NCBI GenBank assembly: GCA_964569795.1
Contig: CAZMVB010000007.1
Coordinates: 60,014-124,013, forward strand
Reading direction: 5' to 3'
DNA: 64,000 nucleotides
Source: an uncultured Desulfarculales bacterium
Lineage (GTDB): Bacteria; Desulfobacterota; Desulfarculia; Desulfarculales; JAHJDS01
The notes below the pieces were generated by a model. The model was not told the DNA's origin. It saw only the letters and a list, made by a program, of their open reading frames with translations, and did not search any database. Position 1 is the stretch's first letter. Every line of letters begins with the position of its first letter. Shown in pieces: positions 25,210-34,490 of this stretch. The position numbers and the translations under genes are program-made.

Positions 25210-28068
25210 ATGCTTGAAAAGACATTCAAACTGATCAAGATCCAACCCGAGGAAGTCAGTCTCTTCCTGTGGACGGCGGCCCTTTTCTTTCTGATCAGGG
25301 CCGCCGGACTGGTCTTCGACAACTTCGCCGAGACGACCTTTCTCAAGCGCTTCGGCGTCCAGTACCTGCCCCTGGTTTACGCCGCCAACGCCATTCTGAC
25401 CTTCTTCATCATGGGCGGCATGATGGGCGTCATCCGCAAGATGCCCAGCGCCCGGCTGCTGGCCTGGCTGATGGTCTTTTGCGGCGTGTCGGTGGGGCTG
25501 CTGCGGCTGGTGGTCGCCCTCAAGGTGTCCATGGTCTATCCGGTGCTCTTTCTGCTCCGGGCCCAGTACATGGCCCTCCAGGCCCTGATCTTCTGGAACC
25601 TGGCCAACGACCTGTTCAACACCCGCCAGTCCAAGCGGCTCTTTCCCCTGCTGGCCGCCGGCGGGGTGCTGGGGGCCATCGCCGGCTCCTTCGGGACACC
25701 GGCCCTGGCCCGGGCGGTCAGCGTGGACAACCTGATGCTGGCCTACATGGTCACCACCATCGCCGCCGGGGCCGTGGTCTGGCGCATGTCCCAGGTCTTT
25801 CCGACCCTGGCCGTGCCGGAAAAGGGGAGCGCCAGCGAGCGGAAACCGTCCCTCAAGGAGGAACTCCGGGACATCTGGCCGCTGATCAGGGAATCGACCC
25901 TGGTCAAGATCATGATCCTGCTGACCCTCCTGCCCAACATCGCCATCCCGATCCTGAACTACCAGTTCAATCTGATCGTCAACTCGGCCTACGGGACCGA
26001 GGGCGGCCTGATCGGGTTTCTGGCCTACTTCTACGGGGTGATGAATGTCATCAGCCTGGTGGTCCTCCTGTTCGTGGGGCAGATCTATTCCCGGTGGGGC
26101 CTGCCGGCGGCCCTGATGTTCCACCCGGCCAACTACATCCTGGCCTTCCTGGCCCTGTTCTTCCGGTTCAACGTCATCAGCGCCGTTTACGCCCGGATCT
26201 CGACCAACATCCTGCGGGTGACCATCAACAATCCGGCCCGGGAGGTGCTGATGGGCCTGTTCCCGGCGGCCATCCGGCCCTTGATCCGGCCCTTTTTGCG
26301 GGGGACGGTGGTCCGGGTGGGCATCCTGGTCGGTTCGGGTCTGATCCTGCTCTCCGATCTGGTGCTGACGCCCTCGACCGGACTGCCGGCCTGGTTCAAG
26401 CCGTATTTCACCTGGGGCCTGGCCGCGAGTGCGGTCGCCGTGAAGTCCAACATTGTCGGGGTCTCCCTGGGCCTGCTGGGGGCCTTCATCGGCCTGGGCT
26501 GGCTGATCACCAGCATCTGGCTCAAGCGGTCCTACTCCCAGGTCCTGATGGACATCATCTCCCGGGACGTGGTGGACCTGAAGTCCCTGGAAAAGGACGA
26601 CGTCTCCCAGATGTTCCAGGACAAGCGGGCCCGGGATCAACTGATCCAGGCCTGTCAAGGCACCCAGGGCCCGGTCTGCGTCTGGTACGCCGAGCTGATG
26701 AAGGCCCAGGGCGTCAAGGACGTGGACAAACACCTGCTGGATCTGATCCGGAACAAGGACGAGGAAACGGTCATCGGGCTGTTGCCGCTGTTGCCCGAGG
26801 GGATGGACCCCGAGGCGGTGGACACCTTCGAGCGGTTGGCCGATCCGACCCGTCCGTCGCTGACCCGGGCCCTGGCCGAGGCGGCGGGCAAACTGCCGCC
26901 CGACCACGCCCGGCGGTTCCTGGAGGACCTGCTCCGCCAGGACAACGTTCTCGAGGTCAAGGCCACGGCCGTGGCCGGCCTGTACCACCACGACCCGGAC
27001 CGCTACCGGTCCGTGATCGACGACTGGCTCGACTCCGACGACGTTGACCAGCGCCTGGCCGGGGTCATCGCCGCCGGAGGGTCGGGCGACGGCGGTTACC
27101 TGGCCCGGCTGCACCGGCTGTTGACCCGGGAGGCCGATCGCCGGGTGACCAGCCAGATCCTGATCGCCCTCAATCAGCTCGGCGATCCCCAGGTCTGGAA
27201 CCTGGTCCTGGCCCGCCTGGGGAGCGATCCGGTCCCGATCGAGGTCCTGCGGGACTTCCCCATCACCTCGGACGACGGCGTCCGGGCCTTCATCCGCCTC
27301 CTGGGTCAGGATGACGATCAACTGCGCGCCCTGGCCCAGGACAAGCTGCGGGAGGCGCCCTACCACAACACCCAGCTGATGATCGAGTGGCTGGCCGCGC
27401 CCCAGCGCCGGATTCGCGAGGGCCTGTTCGAGCTGATGGAATCGCTGCAGATCAGCGATTTGGACATCATCGTCTTCGGCCGCACCGAGACCGAGCGGGC
27501 CTACCGCAACCTGGTCGAGGCCGAGGCCCTGGGGCGGCTGGCCCCCGAGGGGCCCGAGCGCGACCTCTTGATCAGCCATCTCCGGGAAAAGAAGGACGAG
27601 CGCCTCAAGACCATCATCCGGGTCCTGGCCACCCAGGGGGACCCGGTCCGGATGCGGATCGTCCTCCGGGGCCTGTCCTCGACCGACGACCGGCTGCGAT
27701 CCAACGCCCTCGAGGCCCTGGAATCCATGGTCGGCCGGAACCTGTCCCGGGCGATGATGCCCCTGCTGGAGGACCTCAGCCCGGCCGACTGCCTGGCCGC
27801 CGGCCGCCGCCTGTTCAACATCCGCCAGGACTTCCAATCAGGGCCGGAGCTGTTCGATCATCTTTTGACCAAGCATGACTGGGTGACGCTCTATCTGACC
27901 TTGTGTCTGGTGGCCGAAAACGGTCCGGCCGAGCGCTACCGGGACCGGATCGAGCCCCTGACCCGGGCCGACAACGATCAGGTGGCCCGGCTGGCCGGGA
28001 AGCTGCTGGGCCGGGGTCCGGCGTCACCCCAGAGAGGAGGAGACCATGTCTTCGACGGGAGCGGCTGA
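25210..28068 (+). CDS. multi-pass transporter-like membrane domain (MFS/TLC nucleotide-translocase-like) fused to a C-terminal HEAT-repeat domain
   Basis: ATG at 25210 (MLEKTFKLIKIQPEE...). About 12 hydrophobic segments over the first ~470 aa, then ~450 aa of repetitive helical HEAT-like sequence. The part of the track ORF upstream of 25210 is a frame read-through. Confidence 0.75.
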   Translation: MLEKTFKLIKIQPEEVSLFLWTAALFFLIRAAGLVFDNFAETTFLKRFGVQYLPLVYAANAILTFFIMGGMMGVIRKMPSARLLAWLMVFCGVSVGLLRLVVALKVSMVYPVLFLLRAQYMALQALIFWNLANDLFNTRQSKRLFPLLAAGGVLGAIAGSFGTPALARAVSVDNLMLAYMVTTIAAGAVVWRMSQVFPTLAVPEKGSASERKPSLKEELRDIWPLIRESTLVKIMILLTLLPNIAIPILNYQFNLIVNSAYGTEGGLIGFLAYFYGVMNVISLVVLLFVGQIYSRWGLPAALMFHPANYILAFLALFFRFNVISAVYARISTNILRVTINNPAREVLMGLFPAAIRPLIRPFLRGTVVRVGILVGSGLILLSDLVLTPSTGLPAWFKPYFTWGLAASAVAVKSNIVGVSLGLLGAFIGLGWLITSIWLKRSYSQVLMDIISRDVVDLKSLEKDDVSQMFQDKRARDQLIQACQGTQGPVCVWYAELMKAQGVKDVDKHLLDLIRNKDEETVIGLLPLLPEGMDPEAVDTFERLADPTRPSLTRALAEAAGKLPPDHARRFLEDLLRQDNVLEVKATAVAGLYHHDPDRYRSVIDDWLDSDDVDQRLAGVIAAGGSGDGGYLARLHRLLTREADRRVTSQILIALNQLGDPQVWNLVLARLGSDPVPIEVLRDFPITSDDGVRAFIRLLGQDDDQLRALAQDKLREAPYHNTQLMIEWLAAPQRRIREGLFELMESLQISDLDIIVFGRTETERAYRNLVEAEALGRLAPEGPERDLLISHLREKKDERLKTIIRVLATQGDPVRMRIVLRGLSSTDDRLRSNALEALESMVGRNLSRAMMPLLEDLSPADCLAAGRRLFNIRQDFQSGPELFDHLLTKHDWVTLYLTLCLVAENGPAERYRDRIEPLTRADNDQVARLAGKLLGRGPASPQRGGDHVFDGSG

Positions 28069-28534
28069 GCCCGCCCAGGAAACCAGTCTGTCCCAGAGGA
28101 TCCTGCTGCTCAAGGGCATGGACATGTTCGCCGGACTGACGGTCAGCCAGCTGGCCGCCGTGGCCACGGTGGTCGAGGAGGTGGACTACTCGCCGGACGA
28201 GGTCATCATCCACGAGGGCGAGGTCGGCGAGGAGATGTACCTGATCGTCTCGGGGTCGGTCCTGGTCACCAAGCGGGCCGAGGACGGCTGCGACGTGGAC
28301 CTGGACACCCTCAAGGCCGGCACCTATTTCGGCGAAATGGCCCTGTTCGACCTGCTGGCCCGGTCGGCCACGGTCACCGCCCGGGAGGCGACCTCGCTGC
28401 TGGTGCTCCACAAGCGGGAGTTTGCCGAGACGGTCCGCGAGTATCCCGAGGTGGCCCTCCAGATGTGCCGGGAACTCAGCCGCCGGCTGCGCGGACTCCA
28501 CGAGAAGATCAAGGCCCTGCCGATCTGTTTCTAG
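28046..28534 (+). CDS. cyclic nucleotide-binding domain protein
   Basis: Classical cNMP-binding pattern (GEEMYLIVSGSV...FGEMALFDLLARSATVTA). The start overlaps the upstream gene end by 23 nt. Confidence 0.85.
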   Translation: MSSTGAAEPAQETSLSQRILLLKGMDMFAGLTVSQLAAVATVVEEVDYSPDEVIIHEGEVGEEMYLIVSGSVLVTKRAEDGCDVDLDTLKAGTYFGEMALFDLLARSATVTAREATSLLVLHKREFAETVREYPEVALQMCRELSRRLRGLHEKIKALPICF

Positions 28535-28542
28535 CCCGTTTC

Positions 28543-29313
28543 TCACCATCCGTCGATGGTCTCGGCCAGGGCCGCGCCCAGGCCCCGGCGGACCACCGTG
28601 GCCCGGTCCGGGATGACGGTCAGGTTCGCCTCGTCCAGAAAAAGCCTCTTGTTGATTTCGATCTGGATCGCCCCGCCGCCCCGCTTCCTCAGAAACGGCC
28701 CCCAGGTCCGGGTGATGAAGCCGCCGCGGTAGGGGAAGTTGAGGGCCACGCTCAGGCCCTGCCTTTCCAGGTTCCGGGCCAGGGCCTGCAGCAGACCGGG
28801 TGAACAACTGACCTCGTCCTCGGGGCCGCCGGCCGGGTCCCCGCCGTTGCCCAGGACCACGTCCGGCCGGTCTCGTCCCGGGTCCGGGGCGTCGGCCGGA
28901 CCGACGGCGTCCAGGGAGTGGCCGTCGATCAAGAGCCTGACCCGCTCCCCGGCCAGGGCCTGGGCCAGCCGGCGGTGATAGGGCTGATAGTAGCGCTCGA
29001 TCCGGTCAATGACCTCGGCCTGGTCCGGCTCCCGGCCGGGCCGGAACACGGGCCGGCCGAAGTAGTCGGTCCGGGCGACCACCCCCTTCTCGTCCCGCTG
29101 CCCCGGATCCCGGTTGAGATCGACCACGAACCGCGACCAGCGGGCCATGATCACCGCCGCCGCCGGCAGGGGCCCGAAGATCTGGGCCGTGCCCAGGTCC
29201 ACGTTCGCCAGGATCTGCCGCTCGGTCTGGGCCAGGGTGGCCTTGATGGCCGGCGGCACCTCGCCGCCGGCGTGGGGCACGGAAACGACCAGGGGGGACA
29301 GGACAGAGGACAT
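28543..29313 (-). CDS. N-formylglutamate amidohydrolase-family (FGase) protein
   Basis: Family pattern SVPHAGGEVP...SRFVVDLNR...LLIDGHS... Confidence 0.8.
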   Translation of the reverse strand: MSSVLSPLVVSVPHAGGEVPPAIKATLAQTERQILANVDLGTAQIFGPLPAAAVIMARWSRFVVDLNRDPGQRDEKGVVARTDYFGRPVFRPGREPDQAEVIDRIERYYQPYHRRLAQALAGERVRLLIDGHSLDAVGPADAPDPGRDRPDVVLGNGGDPAGGPEDEVSCSPGLLQALARNLERQGLSVALNFPYRGGFITRTWGPFLRKRGGGAIQIEINKRLFLDEANLTVIPDRATVVRRGLGAALAETIDGW

Positions 29314-29361
29314 GTCAGCGGTTCGGCCTGCCGCGGGCGGCCGGCGGCCGGGGCGCTCGGC

Positions 29362-30390
29362 TCATAGGGCCAGGGGACGCCGCCTGGTCGTCATCTGGCG
29401 TCCCCGGCGCAGGTTCTCGACCCGCTTCTCGACGAAATCGATCACCTTGGCCTCGAGCTTGACCCCGTCGAGCTGGTTGATACGGGGGATGCCCCCCGGG
29501 GAGACGACGTTGATCTCGACCAGCTTGTCGCCGATGACGTCCAGGCCCACGAAATGGAGGCCGTCCTGGACCAGGCGATCGCTGACCGCGGCGCAGATGC
29601 GCCGGTCCGACTCGGTGATGACGTGCTTGGCCGGGGTGGCCCCGGCGTGGATATTGGTCCGGAAATCTCCCTCGGCCGGGATGCGGCGCATCGCCCCCAG
29701 AATTTCCCCGCCCAGCATCATGATCCGCACGTCGCCCTGGGTCTTGACCTCGTGCAGGTATTCCTGGACCATGATCGCCTCGCGCCGGGTGTAGGGCTTG
29801 TACGACTTGACGTAGTAATTGATCAACGAGTTCAGGTTGTCCCGGTCCCGCAGGGACACCTTGATGACCCCCTCCCCCTGGTAACGGTACAGGGGCTTGA
29901 CCATCATGTCGCCCCCGAACTCCTCGATGACCCGTTTCAGGCGGCCCGGGTCGCGGGAGACGTGGGTCTCGGGGATGATGTGGGGGAAGTTGAGCAGATA
30001 CAGCTTCGAGTTGGCCACCAACTGGCCGGTGGTCGAGTTGATGATGAACACCTGATCGTTGACCGGATTCAAGAACTCCATGGTCTGATGAATCAGGGGC
30101 GGGTCCTTGCGCAGGAACACCGCGTCGATCTTGGTGATGTCCTCGAAGATCAACTCCTCCCGTTTGAGGGAGTCCACCACCGACCGCCAGTAGTCGGCCA
30201 TGCCCATGTCGGCCGGAACGCTGATGTTGTGCATCCGGGCCACCAGGCGGCTGCCGCGGACGTAGATGTCGTGGGGCTCCAGGAAAAAAACGGAATGACC
30301 CCGTTGATTGGCCTCGTACATCAAATGGCTGGTGGTCTCGAAAGTGGGATCGATCGATTCCAGCGGATCGGCGACAAAGGCGATCTGCAT
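29362..30390 (-). CDS. ATP-grasp ligase of the prokaryotic glutathione synthetase family
   Basis: Alignable by eye to E. coli GshB: RKDPP, GDVRIMMLGGE, RIPAEGDFRTNIHAGA, FVGLDVIGDKLVEINVVSPGG. Confidence 0.85.
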   Translation of the reverse strand: MQIAFVADPLESIDPTFETTSHLMYEANQRGHSVFFLEPHDIYVRGSRLVARMHNISVPADMGMADYWRSVVDSLKREELIFEDITKIDAVFLRKDPPLIHQTMEFLNPVNDQVFIINSTTGQLVANSKLYLLNFPHIIPETHVSRDPGRLKRVIEEFGGDMMVKPLYRYQGEGVIKVSLRDRDNLNSLINYYVKSYKPYTRREAIMVQEYLHEVKTQGDVRIMMLGGEILGAMRRIPAEGDFRTNIHAGATPAKHVITESDRRICAAVSDRLVQDGLHFVGLDVIGDKLVEINVVSPGGIPRINQLDGVKLEAKVIDFVEKRVENLRRGRQMTTRRRPLAL

Positions 30391-30676
30391 TACCGTCTCC
30401 CCAACGGCCCTCGGCCCGATTCTGTCAGGAAAGCGATGGAGGCCCGCCCCCCAATCTTTCTAACAATATCACACGAAATAGGGATCGTCGCCTTTTTTGG
30501 TTAAAAAAAATCATCCAAAGCGGTCCGGGTTGAACCCATGCGGGCCGCGGCGGTGATGAGATGCCCCGGCGAGAAATAGATGGTCACCGGAAAGAGCGGG
30601 AAGGAAATCAAGATGATGGCCCGGCGCACCCGTTGTCGTCTCAGGCTCAGACTCCTCCGGTCCGACGGCGGGGGGA

Positions 30677-32284
30677 TCAATCCAGGGCGAAGATCTCGAC
30701 CGGGCGGCTTCGGCCCTTGACGATGGTCTCGGGCATCACCCGGAGCGGAAAGGCGTCCGCCAGACCGGCCCGGGTATTGGCCGTCAACAGGACGTCGGTC
30801 CCGAACCGCTTGTTGAGTCCCTGGAGGCGGGCGGCCACGTTGACCGTGTCGCCCACCAGGAGGTAGGACAGCCGGTCCGGGCTGCCGATGTTGGCCGCCA
30901 GGACCTGGCCGGTGTGCAGGCCGATGCCGTGGCGCAGGGGCGGGATCTGTTGCCGGGCCAGCCGGTCATTGACCTCGGCCAGCCGGGCGCGCATGTCCAG
31001 GGCGGCGGCCACCGCCTGACGGGCGTGATTCTCCAGGCCCAGGGGCGCCCCGAACACGGCGTAGATCTCGTCGCCCAGGAACTGGAGCACCAGGCCGCCG
31101 CGCTCCCGGATGGCCGGGGTCATGGCCTCGAAATAGCCGTTGAGGATGGTGACCACCTGCTTGGGCGGCGTGGCCTCGACCAGGGGGGTGAAGTCCCGCA
31201 GGTCGGCGAACATGACCGTCACCTCCCGGATCACCCCGTCCAGGGGGATCCGGCCGGCCAGGATCTCGTCCCGGATCTCGCGGGTGACGTACTTGCCAAA
31301 GGTCTCCTTGATGAAGTCCCGCTCCCGCAGGCCGGCGATCATCAGGTTGAAGGCGTCGGCCAGGTCGCCCAGCTCGTCGTTGTTGGCGACGGCGACCCTG
31401 GCCAAGAGGTTCCCCTCGCGCACCCGGGCCATGGCCCCGGCCATGGCCTGGACCGGGTCGGCCACGCTCGCCGACACCAGGCGGGACAGGACCACCCCGG
31501 CCAGAATCAACACGGCCGGGACAAAGATGATCACCAGGACGGTGCTGGTCAGGGCCGCCTGTCCCGCGGCCGAAAGGGTCTGTCCGGGGACCGCGGCCAG
31601 GGCGGTGCTCACCTTGTGGTAGAAGATGACCCCGACGACGATCATCGGGGCCACGCTGATCATCATCAACGAGTACAGCAGGCGGTGACGGACGCCCAGC
31701 CTGAACACGCCCTTCAGCCGGGACAGGCCGCCCTCGGGAAAAAACACGGTTCGCAGGCGGCGCATCAGGGCCTCGGTGGCGAAGAAGACAATGGTCGTCG
31801 TGGCCACGCCCGAGGTCAGGATCCCCACGGCCAGCCGGGACGACTCGAACCAGGCCTTGCCTGCCGGCTCGGAGGCGGTGATCAGCCGGAAGCCGCCCAT
31901 GATCAGCGTGGCCAGCACCCAGTTGAACAGGGTAATGGCGGCATACATCAGCGGCGCGTTGAGGACCAGGCGCTGGACCCGCCCCAGGGCCTCCGGTTCC
32001 AGCCGACCGCCCGTCAGCAGGATCAGGTAGGCCCGGCGGACCGCCAGTTGATTCCGAATCCCCAGGAAGGCACCCAGTCCCACCAGGACGGCGGTCATGA
32101 CCAGTCCCACCATCAGTTGACGGTCCAGGAGCGGTTTCAGGTCGGGCTGGTCCAGGAAGACGAAATAGAAGATGCACAGCAGCGCCCCCATCAGATTGGC
32201 GCCGATCTGCACCCCGATATTGGTCAGGGAGAACCTCCTGACCTCGTAATCGGCCGGAACATCACGGGATCGGCGGTCGGTCAT
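30677..32284 (-). CDS. membrane-bound class III adenylate/guanylate cyclase with HAMP domain
   Basis: Several N-terminal TM helices, a HAMP-like linker (NDELGDLADAFNLMIAGL) and a cyclase core (VMFADLRDFT...GDTVNVAARLQG). Confidence 0.9.
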   Translation of the reverse strand: MTDRRSRDVPADYEVRRFSLTNIGVQIGANLMGALLCIFYFVFLDQPDLKPLLDRQLMVGLVMTAVLVGLGAFLGIRNQLAVRRAYLILLTGGRLEPEALGRVQRLVLNAPLMYAAITLFNWVLATLIMGGFRLITASEPAGKAWFESSRLAVGILTSGVATTTIVFFATEALMRRLRTVFFPEGGLSRLKGVFRLGVRHRLLYSLMMISVAPMIVVGVIFYHKVSTALAAVPGQTLSAAGQAALTSTVLVIIFVPAVLILAGVVLSRLVSASVADPVQAMAGAMARVREGNLLARVAVANNDELGDLADAFNLMIAGLRERDFIKETFGKYVTREIRDEILAGRIPLDGVIREVTVMFADLRDFTPLVEATPPKQVVTILNGYFEAMTPAIRERGGLVLQFLGDEIYAVFGAPLGLENHARQAVAAALDMRARLAEVNDRLARQQIPPLRHGIGLHTGQVLAANIGSPDRLSYLLVGDTVNVAARLQGLNKRFGTDVLLTANTRAGLADAFPLRVMPETIVKGRSRPVEIFALD

Positions 32285-32501
32285 CTCGGCCTCCGGTCAC
32301 GGGGAAGGTTGGGACCGGGCTTGGGCGGGCACCCGGTCGGCCCTGACCAAGAGGCGGGCCGGTTCGAGAATACCATATTCAGCGGCCCCCCTGAAAAAAT
32401 GAGTCGGCTGTAACCGTTTTCCGGGGCCAAACGACGTAACCCCTAGACAACCCCTCGCCGAACTTCGGCGGACAACGACCAAAAAATGCTGGAGGCATGT
32501 C

Positions 32502-32987
32502 ATGAAGAGAATCGGCATCATCATCGCCGCCCTGGCCCTCTTGATTTTACCCTTGACCGGCTCGGCCAGGGCCTCTGCCGACCCCGGCGACTGTCCATCC
32601 CTGTCCCGCGTCATCCTGAAACTGGTCAGGGTCGATTTGACCCGGGCCCAGAAGCGGTCCATCGCCAAGATCCTCCTGAAGCATCAGCCCGAGTTCCGGG
32701 CGAACATGGCCCAGATCCACCTGGGCCGCCAGGCCCTGGCCGATGCCCTCCTGGCCCCCAAGCCGGATCAGGGGGCGGTCAAGGCCGCCTACGGCCGACT
32801 GTCCGCGGCCGGAGAGAGGCTGGCCCTGCTGGCCGCCCGGGTCCTGCCCCAATTGCGGTCCGTGCTGACCCCCCGGCAGGTCAAGGTGCTCCAGGGGGTC
32901 CGCCTGGACGTCAAGAAACGGGTCAGGTGTCGCCTCACTGCCCGGCGGGCGGTGGTCGATCGGTGGCTGGCGGTCCACGCCAAGTAA
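32502..32987 (+). CDS. periplasmic Spy/CpxP-family (LTxxQ) protein
   Basis: Signal peptide MKRIGIIIAALALLILPLTGSARA. LTxxQ-type motifs LTRAQ and LTPRQ. Helical composition. Confidence 0.7.
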   Translation: MKRIGIIIAALALLILPLTGSARASADPGDCPSLSRVILKLVRVDLTRAQKRSIAKILLKHQPEFRANMAQIHLGRQALADALLAPKPDQGAVKAAYGRLSAAGERLALLAARVLPQLRSVLTPRQVKVLQGVRLDVKKRVRCRLTARRAVVDRWLAVHAK

Positions 32988-33115
32988 CGTCTGCCCGGGA
33001 GCCGGTCGGAGAAGTGCCCCGACCGGCTTTCGGGCGGGAAACCGATGACGCGGTTCGGGTTGTGCCCGGCCCGGACCGCGTGCTATCGTGTCCGTCGTCA
33101 CCGGGGCCTGTCGCC

Positions 33116-33721
33116 ATGCATTCACATCCGTCCGATGCCGAGATAATCCGACTGGTTCTGGACGGAGAGGTGGATGCCTACGAGGTACTGGTGAAGCGGC
33201 ACACGCCGCTGGCCGGCCGGATCGTGGCCGGCAAGATCCCCCGGGAGGACGCGGCCGAGGTGGTGCACGAGGTCTTTGTCCGGGCCTACCGGTCCCTGGC
33301 GACCTTTGACCACCGCAGCCCGTTCGCCCACTGGCTGTCCCGCATCGCCGTCCGCTGCTGCCACGATTTCTGGCGGGAGCGCTACCGGCGGCGCGAGGTG
33401 CCGATCAGTTCCCTGTCGGACGATACCCGGGACTGGCTGGAGCGGGTGGCCATCGGGCTGGACGGCGACGATGGACCCGCGCCGGCCGGATCGGCCGAGC
33501 GATACGAGGCCGCCGAACTTCTGACCTGGCTCCTGGATCACCTCGCGGCCGACGACCGGCTGGTGTTGACCCTGACCCACCTCGAGGGTCATTCCACCCG
33601 GGAGGCGGCCGATCTTTTGGGCTGGAGCCAGGCCAAGGTCAAGGTCAGGGCCCACCGGGCCCGGAGCAAGCTGCGCCGCCTGGTCGATTCGGCCGGGCGG
33701 GAAACTGGAGAAAACCGATGA
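33116..33721 (+). CDS. ECF-type RNA polymerase sigma-70 family factor
   Basis: Region 2 (AEVVHEVFVRAYRSL..F..WLSRIAVRCCHDFWR) and region 4 (LVLTLTHLEGHSTREAADLLGWSQAKVKVRAHRARSKL). ATG at 33116. The upstream part of track ORF 32486-33721 is read-through. Confidence 0.9.
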   Translation: MHSHPSDAEIIRLVLDGEVDAYEVLVKRHTPLAGRIVAGKIPREDAAEVVHEVFVRAYRSLATFDHRSPFAHWLSRIAVRCCHDFWRERYRRREVPISSLSDDTRDWLERVAIGLDGDDGPAPAGSAERYEAAELLTWLLDHLAADDRLVLTLTHLEGHSTREAADLLGWSQAKVKVRAHRARSKLRRLVDSAGRETGENR

Positions 33722-34071
33722 GTCGTAACCGGCGACGCCTGGACAAGATCGAACGGGCCCTGATCGCGGCCCACCGGGAGGCCCCCGGGCCGGACCTGGG
33801 CGACGACTGGCGGCGTCGGCTCATGGCCGACGTCAGGCGTCAGCCCCGGCCGGAGACGGACCCGGCCCCGGCCCGGCCGGCGGTGGACCTGAGCGGCCCC
33901 ATCCTCAAATTCGCCGCGGCCGCGGCCCTGGCGGCGGTCATGATCGCCGTTTACGTCTGGCTGGCCGCACCGGACGTTGACACTGAACTGGCCCGGCTGG
34001 CCATGTTCGATCCGACCAACCTGGTGTCGCTCCACTGGCTGGGCGGCGCGGTCCAGGGGGTGCTGTTATGA
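33718..34071 (+). CDS. putative membrane anti-sigma factor
   Basis: ATGA overlap with the sigma gene. Single TM helix (FAAAAALAAVMIAVYVWLAA). The call is positional only. Confidence 0.55.
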   Translation: MSRNRRRLDKIERALIAAHREAPGPDLGDDWRRRLMADVRRQPRPETDPAPARPAVDLSGPILKFAAAAALAAVMIAVYVWLAAPDVDTELARLAMFDPTNLVSLHWLGGAVQGVLL

Positions 34072-34490
34072 AGCGGTGGAAGGTCTGGCTCGGCGTGGCG
34101 GTCATCTTCGTGAGCGGACTGGCCATCGGGTCCCTGGGCACGGGGCTGGTCATCGGCCTGGGCGTCAAGAGAATGGTCCGCCGGGTGACCGCCGGCGACA
34201 CCTCGATCATCACCAGGGTGGTCATGATGAAGATGAGGCGGGACCTGCGCCTGAGCCGTGAGCAGCGCCGGGAAATCCGGCCGGTGGTCGCCGCGGCCAT
34301 CGACCGGATCCGCCGGCTCCACGACACCCTGCGCCCCAAGATCGAACGGGAAATCGCCAAGGCCGTGACCGTGATCAACCGCCACCTGACCCCCAAGCAG
34401 CAACGCCGGCTGAGCGATCGCCTGAAATTGCTCCGCGCCCACTGGCGTCCGTCCCGCCCGGAAGGCGTTCGCCCGCCGGTCAGTCCTTGA
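34068..34490 (+). CDS. membrane-anchored Spy/CpxP-like (LTxxQ) protein
   Basis: ATGA overlap with the upstream gene. N-terminal anchor [19 protein letters not shown]. Motifs LSREQ and LTPKQ. Confidence 0.55.
   Translation: MKRWKVWLGVAVIFVSGLAIGSLGTGLVIGLGVKRMVRRVTAGDTSIITRVVMMKMRRDLRLSREQRREIRPVVAAAIDRIRRLHDTLRPKIEREIAKAVTVINRHLTPKQQRRLSDRLKLLRAHWRPSRPEGVRPPVSP

Noticed and set aside
25198-27837. 879-aa minus-strand ORF, plus the alternative plus-frame ORF 25269-27047
   Set aside because: The frame starting at 25210 gives a coherent multi-TM plus HEAT protein. The others are Gly/Pro/Asp/Arg-rich nonsense.
30391-30676. ORF 30561-30866 and the T6/A8 run (ccttttttggttaaaaaaaatc) between the ATP-grasp gene and the cyclase gene
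   Set aside because: The ORF overlaps the 3' end of the cyclase gene on the opposite strand and is Arg/Pro-rich. The A/T run forms only a weak A-U hairpin, so I did not call it a terminator.
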